Origin: Elsinoe ampelina
Taxonomy: Eukaryota
Reading direction: 5' to 3'
Length of the DNA stretch: 64,000 nucleotides
Assembly (NCBI GenBank): GCA_010093995.1
Contig: ML992504.1
Coordinates: 744,001-808,000, forward strand
The notes under the pieces: model-generated
Database searches by the model: none
What the model was told of the DNA's origin: nothing
Seen by the model: the letters and a program-made list of their open reading frames with translations, nothing else
Translations under genes and position numbers: made by a program
In this document: piece by piece, positions 46,134 through 58,322 of the stretch
How the letters are laid out: every line of letters begins with the position of its first letter
How positions within the stretch are numbered: the first letter of the stretch is position 1

Positions 46134-47696
46134 TCATGAGAAGTCTTCGTCTTCGTCTGTTGCGTCTTGTTGTGCCTCTGCCGCTTTCGCAGCAGTATCA
46201 TCTCCCGTGTTCATGGCTGCTAGGTATTTCGTCACGACCTCGCTGACTGCCAGCTTCTCCTTTTCCTCCTCAAAAAACGCGTACGCTTTCTCTAGTAAAT
46301 TCCCCTCCAGCTCCCTCAGCTTCATTGCCATGTTCCTCACGTCCTCTGGAATGTCCGTACCCTCACCGTAGTCCATACCATTGACTTCATCCTCGCACCC
46401 ATACAATTCGGCCAACTGCTCCTCCACCCTCCCCTGCAAGACCGACACCGCCCTCAACCTCCACAGATCCCACCTCTCATCCCCCTCCAACCTCCCCTTC
46501 AACTCCACCGCCCCCTTTATCTCCTCCCCCTTCCAAAAGCCCCTCAACTCTTCCTCCCCCTCCACCGTCCTCTGAACCATAAACTCCAACCCATCCTCCT
46601 CATTCACCACCACCAACCAAACCCACTCCCCCTCCCACCTCACCCCCTCCTCCCCCAGACAATCCACAATCTTCACCCCCGGCGCCACGCCCGCCACCGC
46701 CCTCTTCGCCTCCCCCAACGGATCCTCCCCCGTCCCCAAATCCAAAAACAATTCCCCCGCACTTTCCCTCCCCTCCTCCAAAAACCCATACGAAAACACC
46801 ATCTCGCACGCCCCCTTTCCATCCCCGTACGTGATCGTCACCTCCTCCCCTCCCCCTACCTCCTTCCCCGCGCGGAGAAGCAACACCCCGTCCCCCGCCC
46901 CGTCAACCTCGTAGATGGCCTTGGTGCCCTCCCCGCCGCAATGGTTCGCCATATCGATCCCGGGCGCCATGCACGGCCCTACGCCCGGGAACTCGAGGGC
47001 GCGAGAGCGGTACATGCCGTCTACTGCGATCCAGTCGGGGAAGGTGAAGAGGCCGTCGGCGTCGGAGAAGAGGTCGGTTGTCCAGGGGAGGAGGGCGGAG
47101 AGGGTTTGCAGGGTGGTGAAGTCGCGGTTGAGAGAGGTGAGTTTGGCGCGGAGGGCGGGGAGGAGGGTCGTGCCGCGCAGGAGGGGGAGGAGGGTGGGGG
47201 GCCAGAGGGTGGGGAGAGGGGGGAGGGGGAGGAGGCGGAGGTAGGTTGTTAAGGGGGTGTGGGTGAAGTGGGGGGAGGGAGGGGAGGGGTGGAGGAGGTA
47301 GGATTGGGTGAGGAGGAAGAGGGGGATGAGGGTGCGGGGGTTCTGATGGGGGTTAGGAATGGATAGATGATGGGATCCGAGGGGAAGGGGTTGGCTTACC
47401 TGGCCGAACTCACCGAGGGTGGAGAGCAGATCGCGGAAGTCCCTGTCGACTTTGGCGTGTTGCTCTATGCGCTCTTTCGATAATATCAGGTCCCGAGGGA
47501 CGGTCATGAGAGTGGTGTGGCTGTCGGAAGGGCATGATAGTGGTTTTTGAGCGAAGATGCCCGCACCACGCTCGGGATGGACTGGGTCAACGCCGACTTT
47601 GATGTCGTGGAGCTTGATGTTGTTTAGAGCAGCCCATGGTGGTAGAGCCTCTGATGGTAGCTGTAGCCATCCTTCTTCCTTGCCTTCACGGATCAT
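46134..47696 (-). CDS. SET-domain protein lysine methyltransferase (Rubisco-LSMT/RKM-like)
   Basis: RGAGIFA, LMTVPRDLIL, YRSRALEFP..MAPGIDMANH, EEVTITYGDGK..EMVFSYGF. In-frame intron 47399-47343. Confidence 0.9.
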   Translation of the reverse strand: MIREGKEEGWLQLPSEALPPWAALNNIKLHDIKVGVDPVHPERGAGIFAQKPLSCPSDSHTTLMTVPRDLILSKERIEQHAKVDRDFRDLLSTLGEFGQVSQPLPLGSHHLSIPNPHQNPRTLIPLFLLTQSYLLHPSPPSPHFTHTPLTTYLRLLPLPPLPTLWPPTLLPLLRGTTLLPALRAKLTSLNRDFTTLQTLSALLPWTTDLFSDADGLFTFPDWIAVDGMYRSRALEFPGVGPCMAPGIDMANHCGGEGTKAIYEVDGAGDGVLLLRAGKEVGGGEEVTITYGDGKGACEMVFSYGFLEEGRESAGELFLDLGTGEDPLGEAKRAVAGVAPGVKIVDCLGEEGVRWEGEWVWLVVVNEEDGLEFMVQRTVEGEEELRGFWKGEEIKGAVELKGRLEGDERWDLWRLRAVSVLQGRVEEQLAELYGCEDEVNGMDYGEGTDIPEDVRNMAMKLRELEGNLLEKAYAFFEEEKEKLAVSEVVTKYLAAMNTGDDTAAKAAEAQQDATDEDEDFS

Positions 47697-48670
47697 GTTC
47701 GGTGGTTTGTGGCGTGTTCAGAGAGGGGCTTGAATCTGTGCACAGGGTTTCAATGGTGGGGGAGACGGGAGAGCTCAGACTGCGATCGCTTGGCTGCTCG
47801 GACTCTCCCGTCGTCTTTGTTTTGACCTGGAGTCTGCATGCAACTTTGCTTGTTCCGATGCATCGAAATGTCTGGAGACAGACTGAACGAGTGTCGTCAG
47901 TCGTATACTGTTCCTACATATACTGTGAAACACAGATCACGAGTTATATGGCAGATCTGACAGCGTGCGACAATCTGCTTCTGCGGGGCCTTTTAACCAA
48001 ATATTCCCCCAACATCAACAACGGGTCGGGCGGCAAACGCCCGAACTGCCGGCAAAAAAAAGAACGAACAGGCCCTCGTTAAAGGCGTACAACTCCGACC
48101 ACGCCCACAGTGGACTGCAGATATAGCTTGAAGTAATATTCGGATAACAATTGTCTAGTACACCGCCAGATGTGATTGACTCGTTCTTCCGTGCACTAAT
48201 CTTTGTTGTGATGCCAAAAGAGGCATGATGAAAAAGAACTAGTCGTGGTAGATCATTGCTGTCGTCAAGCTTCCCGTTTGTTTTCACACTGCGCACAGAC
48301 CCAAAACATGGAAACTGGTTGCCAACCTCGACGCTCGACATCGCCCATAGTGACGGCCAACCAAGTCCAGACAATCCAAAAGCACAGGGTCCTGCCGGCA
48401 CTGATCATGTTGTTTCGACCATACATCATCACTGCATCCGTCATGTCATAACGTCCGGGACTGCCTCTCATCAAGCACTTCCCTTGCTTCTTCATTCTTC
48501 ACCCTCGTATTCTTCACTGAGCAGGGCACGAGAGGGCAGTATAGACAGCAGCGATCGCACGCCATAGTCGACAGCCATTTGATCAGCATCTTGTCGTCGG
48601 CTGGATCTTCGGACGTGCAGCGGGACCATCTAAAGCTTCTCGAGATCCAACACAACATACCTCGCCTCTA

Positions 48671-50656
48671 ATGCCTCACCAACCCAAGTCGTCCATCGCA
48701 GGCATGACTACCAGCTATGGACAGGTCATAGAGTACATTCCAGGTCAGTCGCGCTTGTCCACCATGCGCATTGCCCAGGACTAATCGCGTATAGAGCGCA
48801 TCTTCCTCGCCTCATATACCCACCCTCCAAACGAACACACGCCTTTCCCATGGCCCAAGTCGCAGAAGTCGCCGTCAAAGCGCTCGAAGCACTCAAGTAC
48901 TACAGCAGTGGAGGAGGAAATGGTTGATCTCGCACCTGTATACTTCTCCATTGACAAGTACCTCGTCTACAACGCATTCCACGCCGACTTTGGTCCTCTC
49001 CACATCGGACACCTCTACAGATATGCTGTCATGCTCCACGATCTGCTGGGCTCAGCAGAGGCAGAGAAGAGACCCATCGTCTTCTGGTCAGGTGCGGACT
49101 CGAGGAGAAGAGCGAACGCGGCATGCTTACTGGCATGCTACATGATCATCATCCAAAACTGGCCACCTCACTTGGCGCTGGCGCCGATTGCACAGATGGA
49201 TCCGCCTTGCATGCCGTTCCGTGATGCTGGGTACAGTCAAGCAGACTACGGACTGACCGTGCAGGATATTGTGTACGGTGTGTGGAAGGCAAAGGAGGAG
49301 AAGCTCTGCACCGTCACCGGCTTCAACCTCGAAGAGTAAGATCACCTTTTTGTCGGTCACGCGAGCTCGAGCTAACACTCGTCTAGGTATGAGACATTTG
49401 AGCGAGTCGATATGGGTGACTTCAACTGGGTAACACCCTCATTCGTCGCTTTCGCTTCGCCACAATCAAAGGCCCGACATGTCATCACTCATGGTGACCC
49501 GCTCTACAAGACTCTCCCGCGCACGCTCGAGGCAGTGGAGAAGTCAGACCTCTCGAATCCTTTCAAGAACGTCCTAACCCACTTCTCCGAACGCAACGTC
49601 GGTCTCGTGGTCCGCCTCAACTCCGAACTCTACTCGCCATCATACTTCACTGCCCTCGGGATCAAGCACTTGGACATGATCTTCGATGACGGTACTTGCC
49701 CTGCTCTAAGCATTGTCCGCAAATTCATCAACCTCGCACACGAGATGATCACAGTCAAGAAGAAGGGCATCGCAGTCCACTGCAAAGCCGGCCTGGGTCG
49801 CACAGGTTGCCTCATTGGTGCCTACCTGATCTACCGTCATGGATTTACAGCAAACGAAGTTATTGCCTTCATGCGCTTCATGAGACCGGGCATGGTTGTT
49901 GGACCTCAACAACATTGGCTGCACCTGAACCAAGGCACATTCCGCGAGTGGTGGTTCGAGGACACCGTCAAGGAGAAGCTCATTGCCACTATCGCGCCAT
50001 CGACACCCACAAAGTCAACTTCCCGCCATCGCATCTCTAGTAATGGTCAAACATTCACTCCTCCACAGCAAAACAGCGCCTACCGCCGTTCTGCCCTCGG
50101 TGAGATCACTCACAACGAGCAGTCGAACGGACATCTCTCGGCTTCTTGCGGCGTACAAGACGAGAATCTCCCGGCGCCCACACCGGGTCAACCACGCAAG
50201 ACCAACAAGTTGTATGGTGCAGGCTCACCCATTCGTCGTTCGAACGAGAGCACATCATTACAAAGATCTGTCCTGGTAGAGGACGAGAGCGAAGATGACG
50301 TCGCCATGCAATTACTTTCCTCAACTGCCCGCCACAATTCGCGATCACCAGTTTCGCGATCGGGCAAGAGGCGAGCTGTCAGCTGCACCACCACAACAAT
50401 GACCACGACCAAGTGGGATGTCGAGGGTAGTGATATCGAGAACCAAGATGTGCTTATGGAGCAAGAGATCGACATCTCCGCCGGCAAGGAGAGGCGCAAC
50501 AAGACTCCGACAGCCAAACCAGGTAGCGGTATCGGTTCACTCATGGGCAAGCGAAACTCACCCGCTCGACGAAGCACAGAAGGCAAAACCAGCGTACGGA
50601 AGACGAGTGGTCGCGTGGGGTCAGTCGGCACACGAGAGGTCAGGAGAGCGGCATAG
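48671..50656 (+). CDS. CDC14: Dual-specificity protein phosphatase Cdc14
   Basis: YNAFHADFGPLHIGHLYRY, PFRDAGY, GDFNWV, catalytic VHCKAGLGRTG, RPGMVVGPQQ. Introns 48744-48794 and 49336-49386. ATG at 48671 or the in-frame 48704. Confidence 0.96.
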
Positions 50657-50786
50657 GGTGTTGCATCTCAAGAAAAGGAGAACTTCAGCGTCAAGCGCAG
50701 GAAGAGCTGAGACTTGTACAAATGGCATGACTTTCATGTATGCTCGAGGGTGGCTTGCATGACCTAGACGACGGAAAAGTACGGTA

Positions 50787-50821
50787 CATGGCATGGCATA
50801 GCATGGCGTGGTGTGGCATGG
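50787..50821 (+). repeat. Degenerate (CATGG)n pentamer array in the CDC14 3' region
   Basis: catggcatggcatagcatggcgtggtgtggcatgg, 7 units. Confidence 0.6.
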
Positions 50822-51166
50822 TTGGCGTTGGAGGGGAGAGGCGTTGACTGAGTGCTTTGTATTTCTACTTGTCGTCTTCAATAAGCTGGGCGTTCGGTGG
50901 CTAGAACGAATGAAGACGACTCACTTCAAGATACTGATCCTTCCTCTTCCATCGTCAGATTGCTGCACTTGACACCTGTGTGGGTTGACATCGTATGCTC
51001 TTCGTGATAGCCCGGACATAACACGGGGATAACCCGGTCCGATATTTTGAAGCAAGGAGAAGCTCCCGCAACCTCACGACTTCGTCCAGCACAACACCCA
51101 CCATGGATCGATAGTATTGACCCTTTCAAGTCGTCACGACACATCAGCAGTGTTCTAATTATCACA

Positions 51167-51952
51167 ATGGCACCAAAAGACGCCCCAGCAGCGCCTGCCA
51201 GCCCTGCTACGGCATCGAAGAGCAAGACCCCTCCCACCACATCACCGATTGAGATCCTCGACAACCCGCTCTCTAAAGCCTACACCCATATCCACACTTT
51301 GAGCACCCTCTCGATCTTCACGTATACTTTCCCCTCTCTCGTCGCCGATCCCATCGCAACCATGGCTGGCTCCCTCCTCCCCCTCGCCCTGTTTCAGGGT
51401 ATCTACTGTGCCATCTGCCTCCCCGGCACAACCAGCAACACGAGCACAAAGGGCAAGAAGAAAGGCACACAAGAGCTTACCATCGGCTTCCGGATAGTGG
51501 TACGTCCTCTCTCCCCCCCAATGCTCCTTTAAGCTAACCCCTCTCAGCCCGCTCTCCTCTCCCTCGCCCTGACACTCACCCTCGGCACCCCCCTCCTCAC
51601 CCTTCTTCTCCTCCTTTTTGGTGCCCCCTTCACGACGCACCAGCTTCACACCCTCCTCTGCGCCGCTCACATCGCCCTTCTCGCCGCCCCTCAGCTGATC
51701 TACGTCCACGGCGTGGTGGCGGAGAAATGGCTCGCCATTGCCAGCTTGAACGTGCCGGTGGATGAGGTTTTTGGTGCGAGCTTGGGGGCTGCGGTGGGCG
51801 CGTGGGTGGGCGCGGTGCCGATTCCGTTGGATTGGGATCGGGAATGGCAGAAATGGCCGGTCACGATATTGGCGGGGGCGTACGCGGGGTGGGCGGTGGG
51901 AAGGACAGTCGGGGGAACGGTGGGGAGAGGGATGAGGGTGAAGTTGGAATGA
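51167..51952 (+). CDS. GPI11: GPI ethanolamine-phosphate transferase subunit PIG-F/Gpi11
   Basis: Exon 1 is 51167-51499, intron 51500-51547. Exon 2 carries LLFGAPFTTH..TLLCAAH..GAWVGAVPIPLDWDREWQKWP, the PIG-F signature. Confidence 0.94.
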
Positions 51953-52934
51953 GCTTGGGAAAGACGAGATGTTTGTTGAAGATTGGATGACATTAGGCAG
52001 GAGTAGGATCGCTACAGCGGGACGCTTGGAATATTGCCACGCAATGTCTGCCATAGCATCAGCCTTCCGAGCAGTAAGGCCCATGATAAGCCCTTGCTAG
52101 TTCATCACATCTGGCACGATGTCAACTCATTCACGGCAAGTCGAATGGGAGTGACGACGTACAGCAGGACCACTAGCAGATGCCACTGGTCTGGTACGAC
52201 GACCACTTGTAGACGTCAGTAGCAGATTACTGATCTCCTCGCAACTCATTCATTGCACAAGAGACACAATGACAACCAAACCACCAAGCCCTAAACCTCA
52301 AATCCAAATCTCGCTCCAACCCCCACTTACGCAAACCACCATGACGACCACAACCTCCCATCAGCCTCGTCATCAATCACCTTCTCTCCTCCAAACTATG
52401 AACTGCAATCGATACCAACCCCCACGAACGTCTTTTCCATGCCACAGACCTACGCGCAGATCCCCATCTCCCCCCCCTTCTGCGTCTGACGTACGTGGCT
52501 TCCCCGTTCCTATCCCATGACAAGGAGAGCGGTAGATAGCAGAGATAATGGCCACTGCTCAGCCCACTCCAAAGTGAAAGTGACGTTTCGTTCCTGCCCA
52601 ACGGTCATGGCTCGCAAGGTGGACCCCACTCGTGCGGAGGCAGCATAACAGTGGACAATATGCGAGGGAAACAACGCTCAGTAATCCCCCTCTCGCACTG
52701 TCGGATTGTTCCTCGTGGCAGTCAGATCGCAAGACTGGGAAATCAGCAGCCGTGCCTGCCCGTCAGGGAATGGCCACTCATCTCCCAGACCGACGGCCGG
52801 TGGAAGGGCCAAGGGCCAACGGGCGATGGAAACGGGCGGGTCCCCCCGGGTGTCTTTGCTCACTTGTACCTTGCATACTGGGGCCTTCAATGCGAGGGAG
52901 GACCAGACAGGGCGTGGTGCCGAGTGCGTCACTC

Positions 52935-52961
52935 GCGGGCAAGGCGGGCAAGGCGGGCAGG
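52935..52961 (+). repeat. 3x 9-bp tandem repeat GCGGGCA(A/G)G, with a G10 run about 20 bp downstream
   Basis: gcgggcaag gcgggcaag gcgggcagg; poly-G at 52983-52992. Confidence 0.6.
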
Positions 52962-55710
52962 GCTGATGTCGCGGGTGCTGCCGGGGGGGGGGCTTGACAT
53001 GTGTCTGTCGTTGTTGATGGTGGGACGTGGGAATGGTTCTTTGAGCGGTGGACCTGCTGTTTTGGGACTAGGGGGGTGGTGGGTAAGGTGTGTTGGATTG
53101 GGGGGAGAGACATGGTGAGAGGATGTGGTGATGGGATGGGAAGGAGCGGCGGGTAGGAGAGACTTTGGAGGTGGGTGGGTGGGGATTTGAATTGATGATG
53201 GAAGGGTAAGGCTGAGGTTTGTATTGCTTGGTGTGGCTTGAGAGGTATGGGGATTGTTGGAGGGATAGTGTCACGATATGCGGATGGCACGTGGCATGCA
53301 TGCTGTTCGTAGTATACTTCTGGTCATTGAAGCGACGGCGCTTGATGAATTCGTACTTACTGCTGGGCTTCACGCTCAACGAGAGTGGTTTCCTCGATGT
53401 GGGAAGTGTATCACAAGGCTGACAAAAGGACTATGCTATAGCCTCAGGGTTTGAGTCTTGTAGCCTTACCAGTATCCGATCGGGTCCATGTCACGATGCC
53501 ATGAGATCTCTCAATGAGCCTCTTTCAATACAGGCAGGTCAGACAATTGCTCGTCAGCCTTGCAGACGATAACCGACAGAGCAATATCGACACCGCCCGG
53601 CGCTGCCGCCCATAGCTCACGTTGCAAAAGTCTCGGCAAGATCTCGAACCAGATCTCCACAAAAAAGAAGATATCGAAGCCACAGCCGGGACTGGACCAA
53701 GAGTCTTGCGAGCAGGAAGAAAGACATGCAACGCCCGCTCACGTGGGAAGCGACTTGGACAGCGAGGTTAAATCGGCGGTGGCGGGGATTGATTGGCCGC
53801 CCTGTGGTCAACGGGTGCATTGAAACAATAACGGGGATAGAAAAGCAAAAGCAGCTAGAAAAGAAGGTGTGTTTCGGGTACTGACCGCAATTGTCTTGGG
53901 CAGTAAAAGTGTGCTGGATTGACGTTGATTGGTGTCGGGAGATGTATCTTGTACTGAAATGCAAGAGGTGAGGTTTAGCGGTCGAGGATGAGAGGCGGTG
54001 GATGTGTTGGCGGTGCAAAAGAGTGGAGACAGTCCCGACGTGTGACGCTGTTCCTTCCTCGGCTGCAGCTTCAGATTCAGATCCAGAGCTTCCCGACCAT
54101 TCAGGGTCGAGCATTATCGATTGTGAATTGTCCAGACGAACGCGTCCCCTTCGCGGGCTGAGCAAGGGATGACGAGGACGCCAATCGCAATCAATTACCA
54201 GTAATCAATTATCGCTGTGGAATTGAAGCAAAATAGGATCAGCATTCCTTTATCGACAACGGATGGGCCGTCAATCTGCCCCTGGCCAGGCGGAGCGAGA
54301 GCGAGAGTTTGCGTGCAGCAGAGCCTCCTCGAGGTCTTGGGTCCAAGGACGCAATCGGCGACTGTTGGATGCTTGTGGCGCCGGGCCCACGCTTGAAAGA
54401 GACGAGAATCAGAGAAATGCTGTCGAGCGTCAACGGGCGGCTGTGGGGCCTGCAGCTGTTTCTTCTGGCCTCTACCAATGCAAGACAGGAATGGAATGCC
54501 AATGCCCGGCCAGGTGTCCAAAAACGGTCGAAACAACGCGCCCGCAATCATCACTCTGAAGAGTCTGAAGGGACTCTGGGCGGCAGATGACGCTGTTTGT
54601 CCCTCAAATGGACCTTGAAACAATGTCGACGTCCAAGGAGAGGCGGTCACCAGCGCGTGGAAGAGATCTGGTGGCCTCTGCAGGCGTCTGTCCTTCTGAC
54701 CTCAAAAATAGAGTGTGCATGGACTGGGCCGGGGGCCTCTGTGCCTGCTTGCAGGGCGCGTCGAGTCTATTCGCAAAAAGATGCATGAAACATTCTTCGC
54801 AGAAGCCATCTGACCAGGACCGGGCGCGCCGCGTGATTGGCTGCGACCGGGACTTGCAGCGCTGCCCGCAAAGTAACGTGAGCCTATCACCTGCGACTCC
54901 CTCTCCTTCTCTCAATCCAAGCAACAACACCGTCCACCTTGGTCCGCATCCCTGGAGCGCGAGCATTCTAGAGGCAAGGCCCATAAAGAATGCTCGCCGC
55001 TCCAGGGCAGCCATGCATACTCCAGAACAAAGCACATTAATCCCGTTTCCTTACCCCCATATACTTCTCTACTATCCCCCCTTCTCTCACGCCTCCTACC
55101 CTCCCCAAGCTCCAATACAGTCGTACTCTCAATCAAATCAACCCGCCGTCTATCATTTCGCTTCTCCAACGGCCTCGTCCAATTTCGTACCGACTCAGTT
55201 CAGGTCTTCCTTCGTCACCGGCCGTTGTCACGCTCGCACCTGATTTCTCCTAACACGGCCTAACGACTGTCAACGACGACGCAACGGCCGACACACTATC
55301 CGGAATAGTTCATCTGCCCCCAACCAGGCGACACAACCCACCTGCCGCAAGCCCTGCCATTGGAACGACTGCTCTGCCGGCCAGAGAGTCACCCGTTACC
55401 ATTGTCTAATACTCTATTTCACCTGCCACTCCTCGAGTCCACATATAGACAAAAGCTCGACCCCTCTGCATTCATTCTTCTTTCTTGATATCTGTCGATC
55501 CATTCTCGATCAGTATCAATACCTCTCCACCATTGTCGGGTCTATTGTATTCCAGACTTGACTGAATATCTCTATTGTCACTGCCTGCTGTACAGCCTGC
55601 ACTGACCAACCTATTGTTGCCGGGTATCAATAGAAGCCTAGCAATTTATAACCACACCACCCCGTCGAACACCTTTACTGGACTGTTCGACCACACACAC
55701 TTCACCAGCA

Positions 55711-56760
55711 ATGGCTTCATCATTCCCCACCAACGAGCAGAATGCTGCCGCCCTCAACCACTTCATCTACCTTCCCGTCTCCCAGGATATGATCTCATAC
55801 CTCGCCGTCAAGGCAACGCAGGTCATCAGGTGTGAGGGCAACAAGGACCAGAGTCTCCCACCGACGCCTCCCGCCACTCCTCCCCCGGGATCTTCCTTCG
55901 AGGCTTCCCTTCCCACGGTCGAGGAGTTCATCACCTCCCTTGTCGAGCGCTCTTCCGTCCAGGTCCCGACTCTCATGACTTCCCTCGTCTACCTCAGCCG
56001 CCTGCAACAAAGACTCCCGCCTGTCGCCAAGGGCATGCGATGCACTGTCCACCGTATCTTCCTCGCCTCTCTCATTCTCGCAGCCAAGTCCCTCAACGAC
56101 TCTTCGCCAAAGAACAAGCATTGGGCACGGTACACAGTGGTCAAGGGTTACGAGGGTTTCGGCTTCAGCTTGACTGAGGTCAACCTCATGGAGAAGCAGC
56201 TTCTCAACCTCCTCCAGTGGGACTTGATCGTCCGTGAGCAGGATCTCTACACTCACCTCGAGCCTTTCCTCGCTCCCATCCGATCATGGCAAACACGCCA
56301 GGCCGAGAAGGCCAAGCAGGCTATGCTCCGTGAGAGACTTCTCGAAGAGCAGCGTCAATTGTCCGAGCGTATGCGCCAGCGATCAGTCAAGGGTGATGCC
56401 GTCTACGAATCTCCTCGCAGCTACCGCTCGCCAAGTGGCCAGGAGTCGCGTCAAGCATCAGTCTCCCGTTCCATCGCTCGCATTCCCTCAAGAACGCCTT
56501 CTCTCTCTCCACCATCCCGCAGCAACTCAGCACTGACTGTTGACTCTTGCGAGACATCTCCATCCAACTCGGTCAGCTCACCAGCACACAGCGAGGTTGC
56601 CGTCCGCATCCAGCGCATGCCTTCGATCGTCGACATTACCATGTCCAAGCTTCGTAGCCGCCAGCCATCGATGGAGCAGCTCTCGCAAGAGCCCCAGAAG
56701 AAGCTCAAGACTGGTAACATCTTCTCACGCCTCATCTCGGGTTCGTCGATTGCGCACTAG
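55711..56760 (+). CDS. PCL1: Pho85-type G1 cyclin (Pcl1/Pcl2, PclA-like)
   Basis: VSQDMISYLA..VIRC, LPTVEEFITSLVERSSVQVPTLM..LPPVAKGMRCTVHRIFLASLILAAK.LNDSSPKNKHWARY..EVNLMEKQLL. Ser/Pro-rich tail; no introns. Confidence 0.93.
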   Translation: MASSFPTNEQNAAALNHFIYLPVSQDMISYLAVKATQVIRCEGNKDQSLPPTPPATPPPGSSFEASLPTVEEFITSLVERSSVQVPTLMTSLVYLSRLQQRLPPVAKGMRCTVHRIFLASLILAAKSLNDSSPKNKHWARYTVVKGYEGFGFSLTEVNLMEKQLLNLLQWDLIVREQDLYTHLEPFLAPIRSWQTRQAEKAKQAMLRERLLEEQRQLSERMRQRSVKGDAVYESPRSYRSPSGQESRQASVSRSIARIPSRTPSLSPPSRSNSALTVDSCETSPSNSVSSPAHSEVAVRIQRMPSIVDITMSKLRSRQPSMEQLSQEPQKKLKTGNIFSRLISGSSIAH

Positions 56761-58117
56761 ATTGTTCATCACCACATCAACCACCACTTTCAACGGGGAC
56801 GATCGCACTAATACGGCGCGACTAGGCGGTGCCAGTCATGTCGACCGCGGGCTTGGAGACCACTTTACATCATCATCGCATCACTTCAATTCTACCACAC
56901 CACCATTTGTGCTTCATCCAAAAGCATTGCGAGCGGCGTTTCTTCAGGCAAGGGCAAAGCATTTTTCAGCGGGGCGGAGGCATCTAGGAGATGGTTGCCA
57001 AGTGCATTGAGTTGCATACCATGGCATTTTGAGCGAGGGAGCAGAGGGTAATCTAGCCAGCACAGGCAGATTGGGTGTTTGGAGTAGAACTGTTCGAGAC
57101 AGAACAGCACTTCGTTTGTAGAATAGCCTTGACCTGAGCTGGGCATACTGGCCAGGTCCACAATACAATTTGCAGATCGCAGTCTATTCTGCGCTGTCTT
57201 CCACACCATTACACTTTCCACAACTTGCTCGGTGATCATCTTCTCTCATCTGACCGGATCTTCGGAAAAGGCTCTGACGGCCATGTTCGCATGACAATTA
57301 TCGACGCACAGATGTCATGCAGAGAGGTACACAAATATCACACCTCGCATCAGCATCAGCCACTATCGAGCCCAAGCAAGCCCGCACAGTGCCCATTGCC
57401 ATGCGACATAATTCCCTAATCCTCGACGGTCGCTGATCCCCCAGCCTGGACGGCGCTGCACGTCCATGCACCAAATCTTGGAATGCATCGCGCCGTCCAA
57501 CGGCCTTGCATGACACTCTCCACAGGGGCTGGCTGCAGCGTTTGCAGATCCACAAAGCTGGAATGCTGATCCAGAGACCTGGGCCTGCCTTGTTTAGAGG
57601 GGGTGAGATGAGCTCGACGACCGGATCGGGGGAGCAGTCATGCTTGTGGAGACCAGATATGGCAGTCCCAGTCCCAAGTAATGCACGATCAGGTTACCCA
57701 CCAAGCAAGAGTTCGCTACTGCACTGATCACGCATCCCATCCTGCAGGTACATGCATGCACCTCGGCATCCCCCTTCTTCTCTCCACACCTGTACAGTGG
57801 TACGGTCATCACGCCCTCGCTAACTTACCCTTCATTCAAACAAGTGACACCAGAAGTCCCTCACAACCGACCGGGATAGCCGATCTTCTCTGGCGAACGA
57901 GCCTTTTGGCGAGAATCTTCTGATGCGAGCGGCCATTTGATAGACACCCAACGGTGAAATTGGCAGCAGACTGGACCTGGTATCGCGGGCGGCCGAGAAA
58001 CAATCGGCGGGAAGGCGAGCGGCGGTTGAAACGGTCGGGGTGTGATGCAGGTACGTAAGGTGAGGATCTGCGAGGGGAGAGGCGAGGAACCGACTTCGAG
58101 AGTGAGATGGGATGTCG

Positions 58118-58127
58118 GTCACGTGAC
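58118..58127. promoter_or_regulatory. Perfect GTCACGTGAC (Cbf1-type bHLH) palindrome about 195 bp upstream of NCS6
   Basis: GTCACGTGAC at 58118-58127. Confidence 0.4.
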
Positions 58128-58322
58128 TCTGTTCGAACAGCGAGTCATGGCGGACAAACACTCGAGTCAACCTCCGAAATTTCGCTTGCCCCTCCATGAC
58201 ACGCCATACCCTAGACGTTCAATACCACTACAATTAGGTCCTCAAGACTCTCGACCACACCTATTAATCACCCATTCTAACATGTTATAACACCCATCGT
58301 AACACCAATCCAGCCCGAAACC

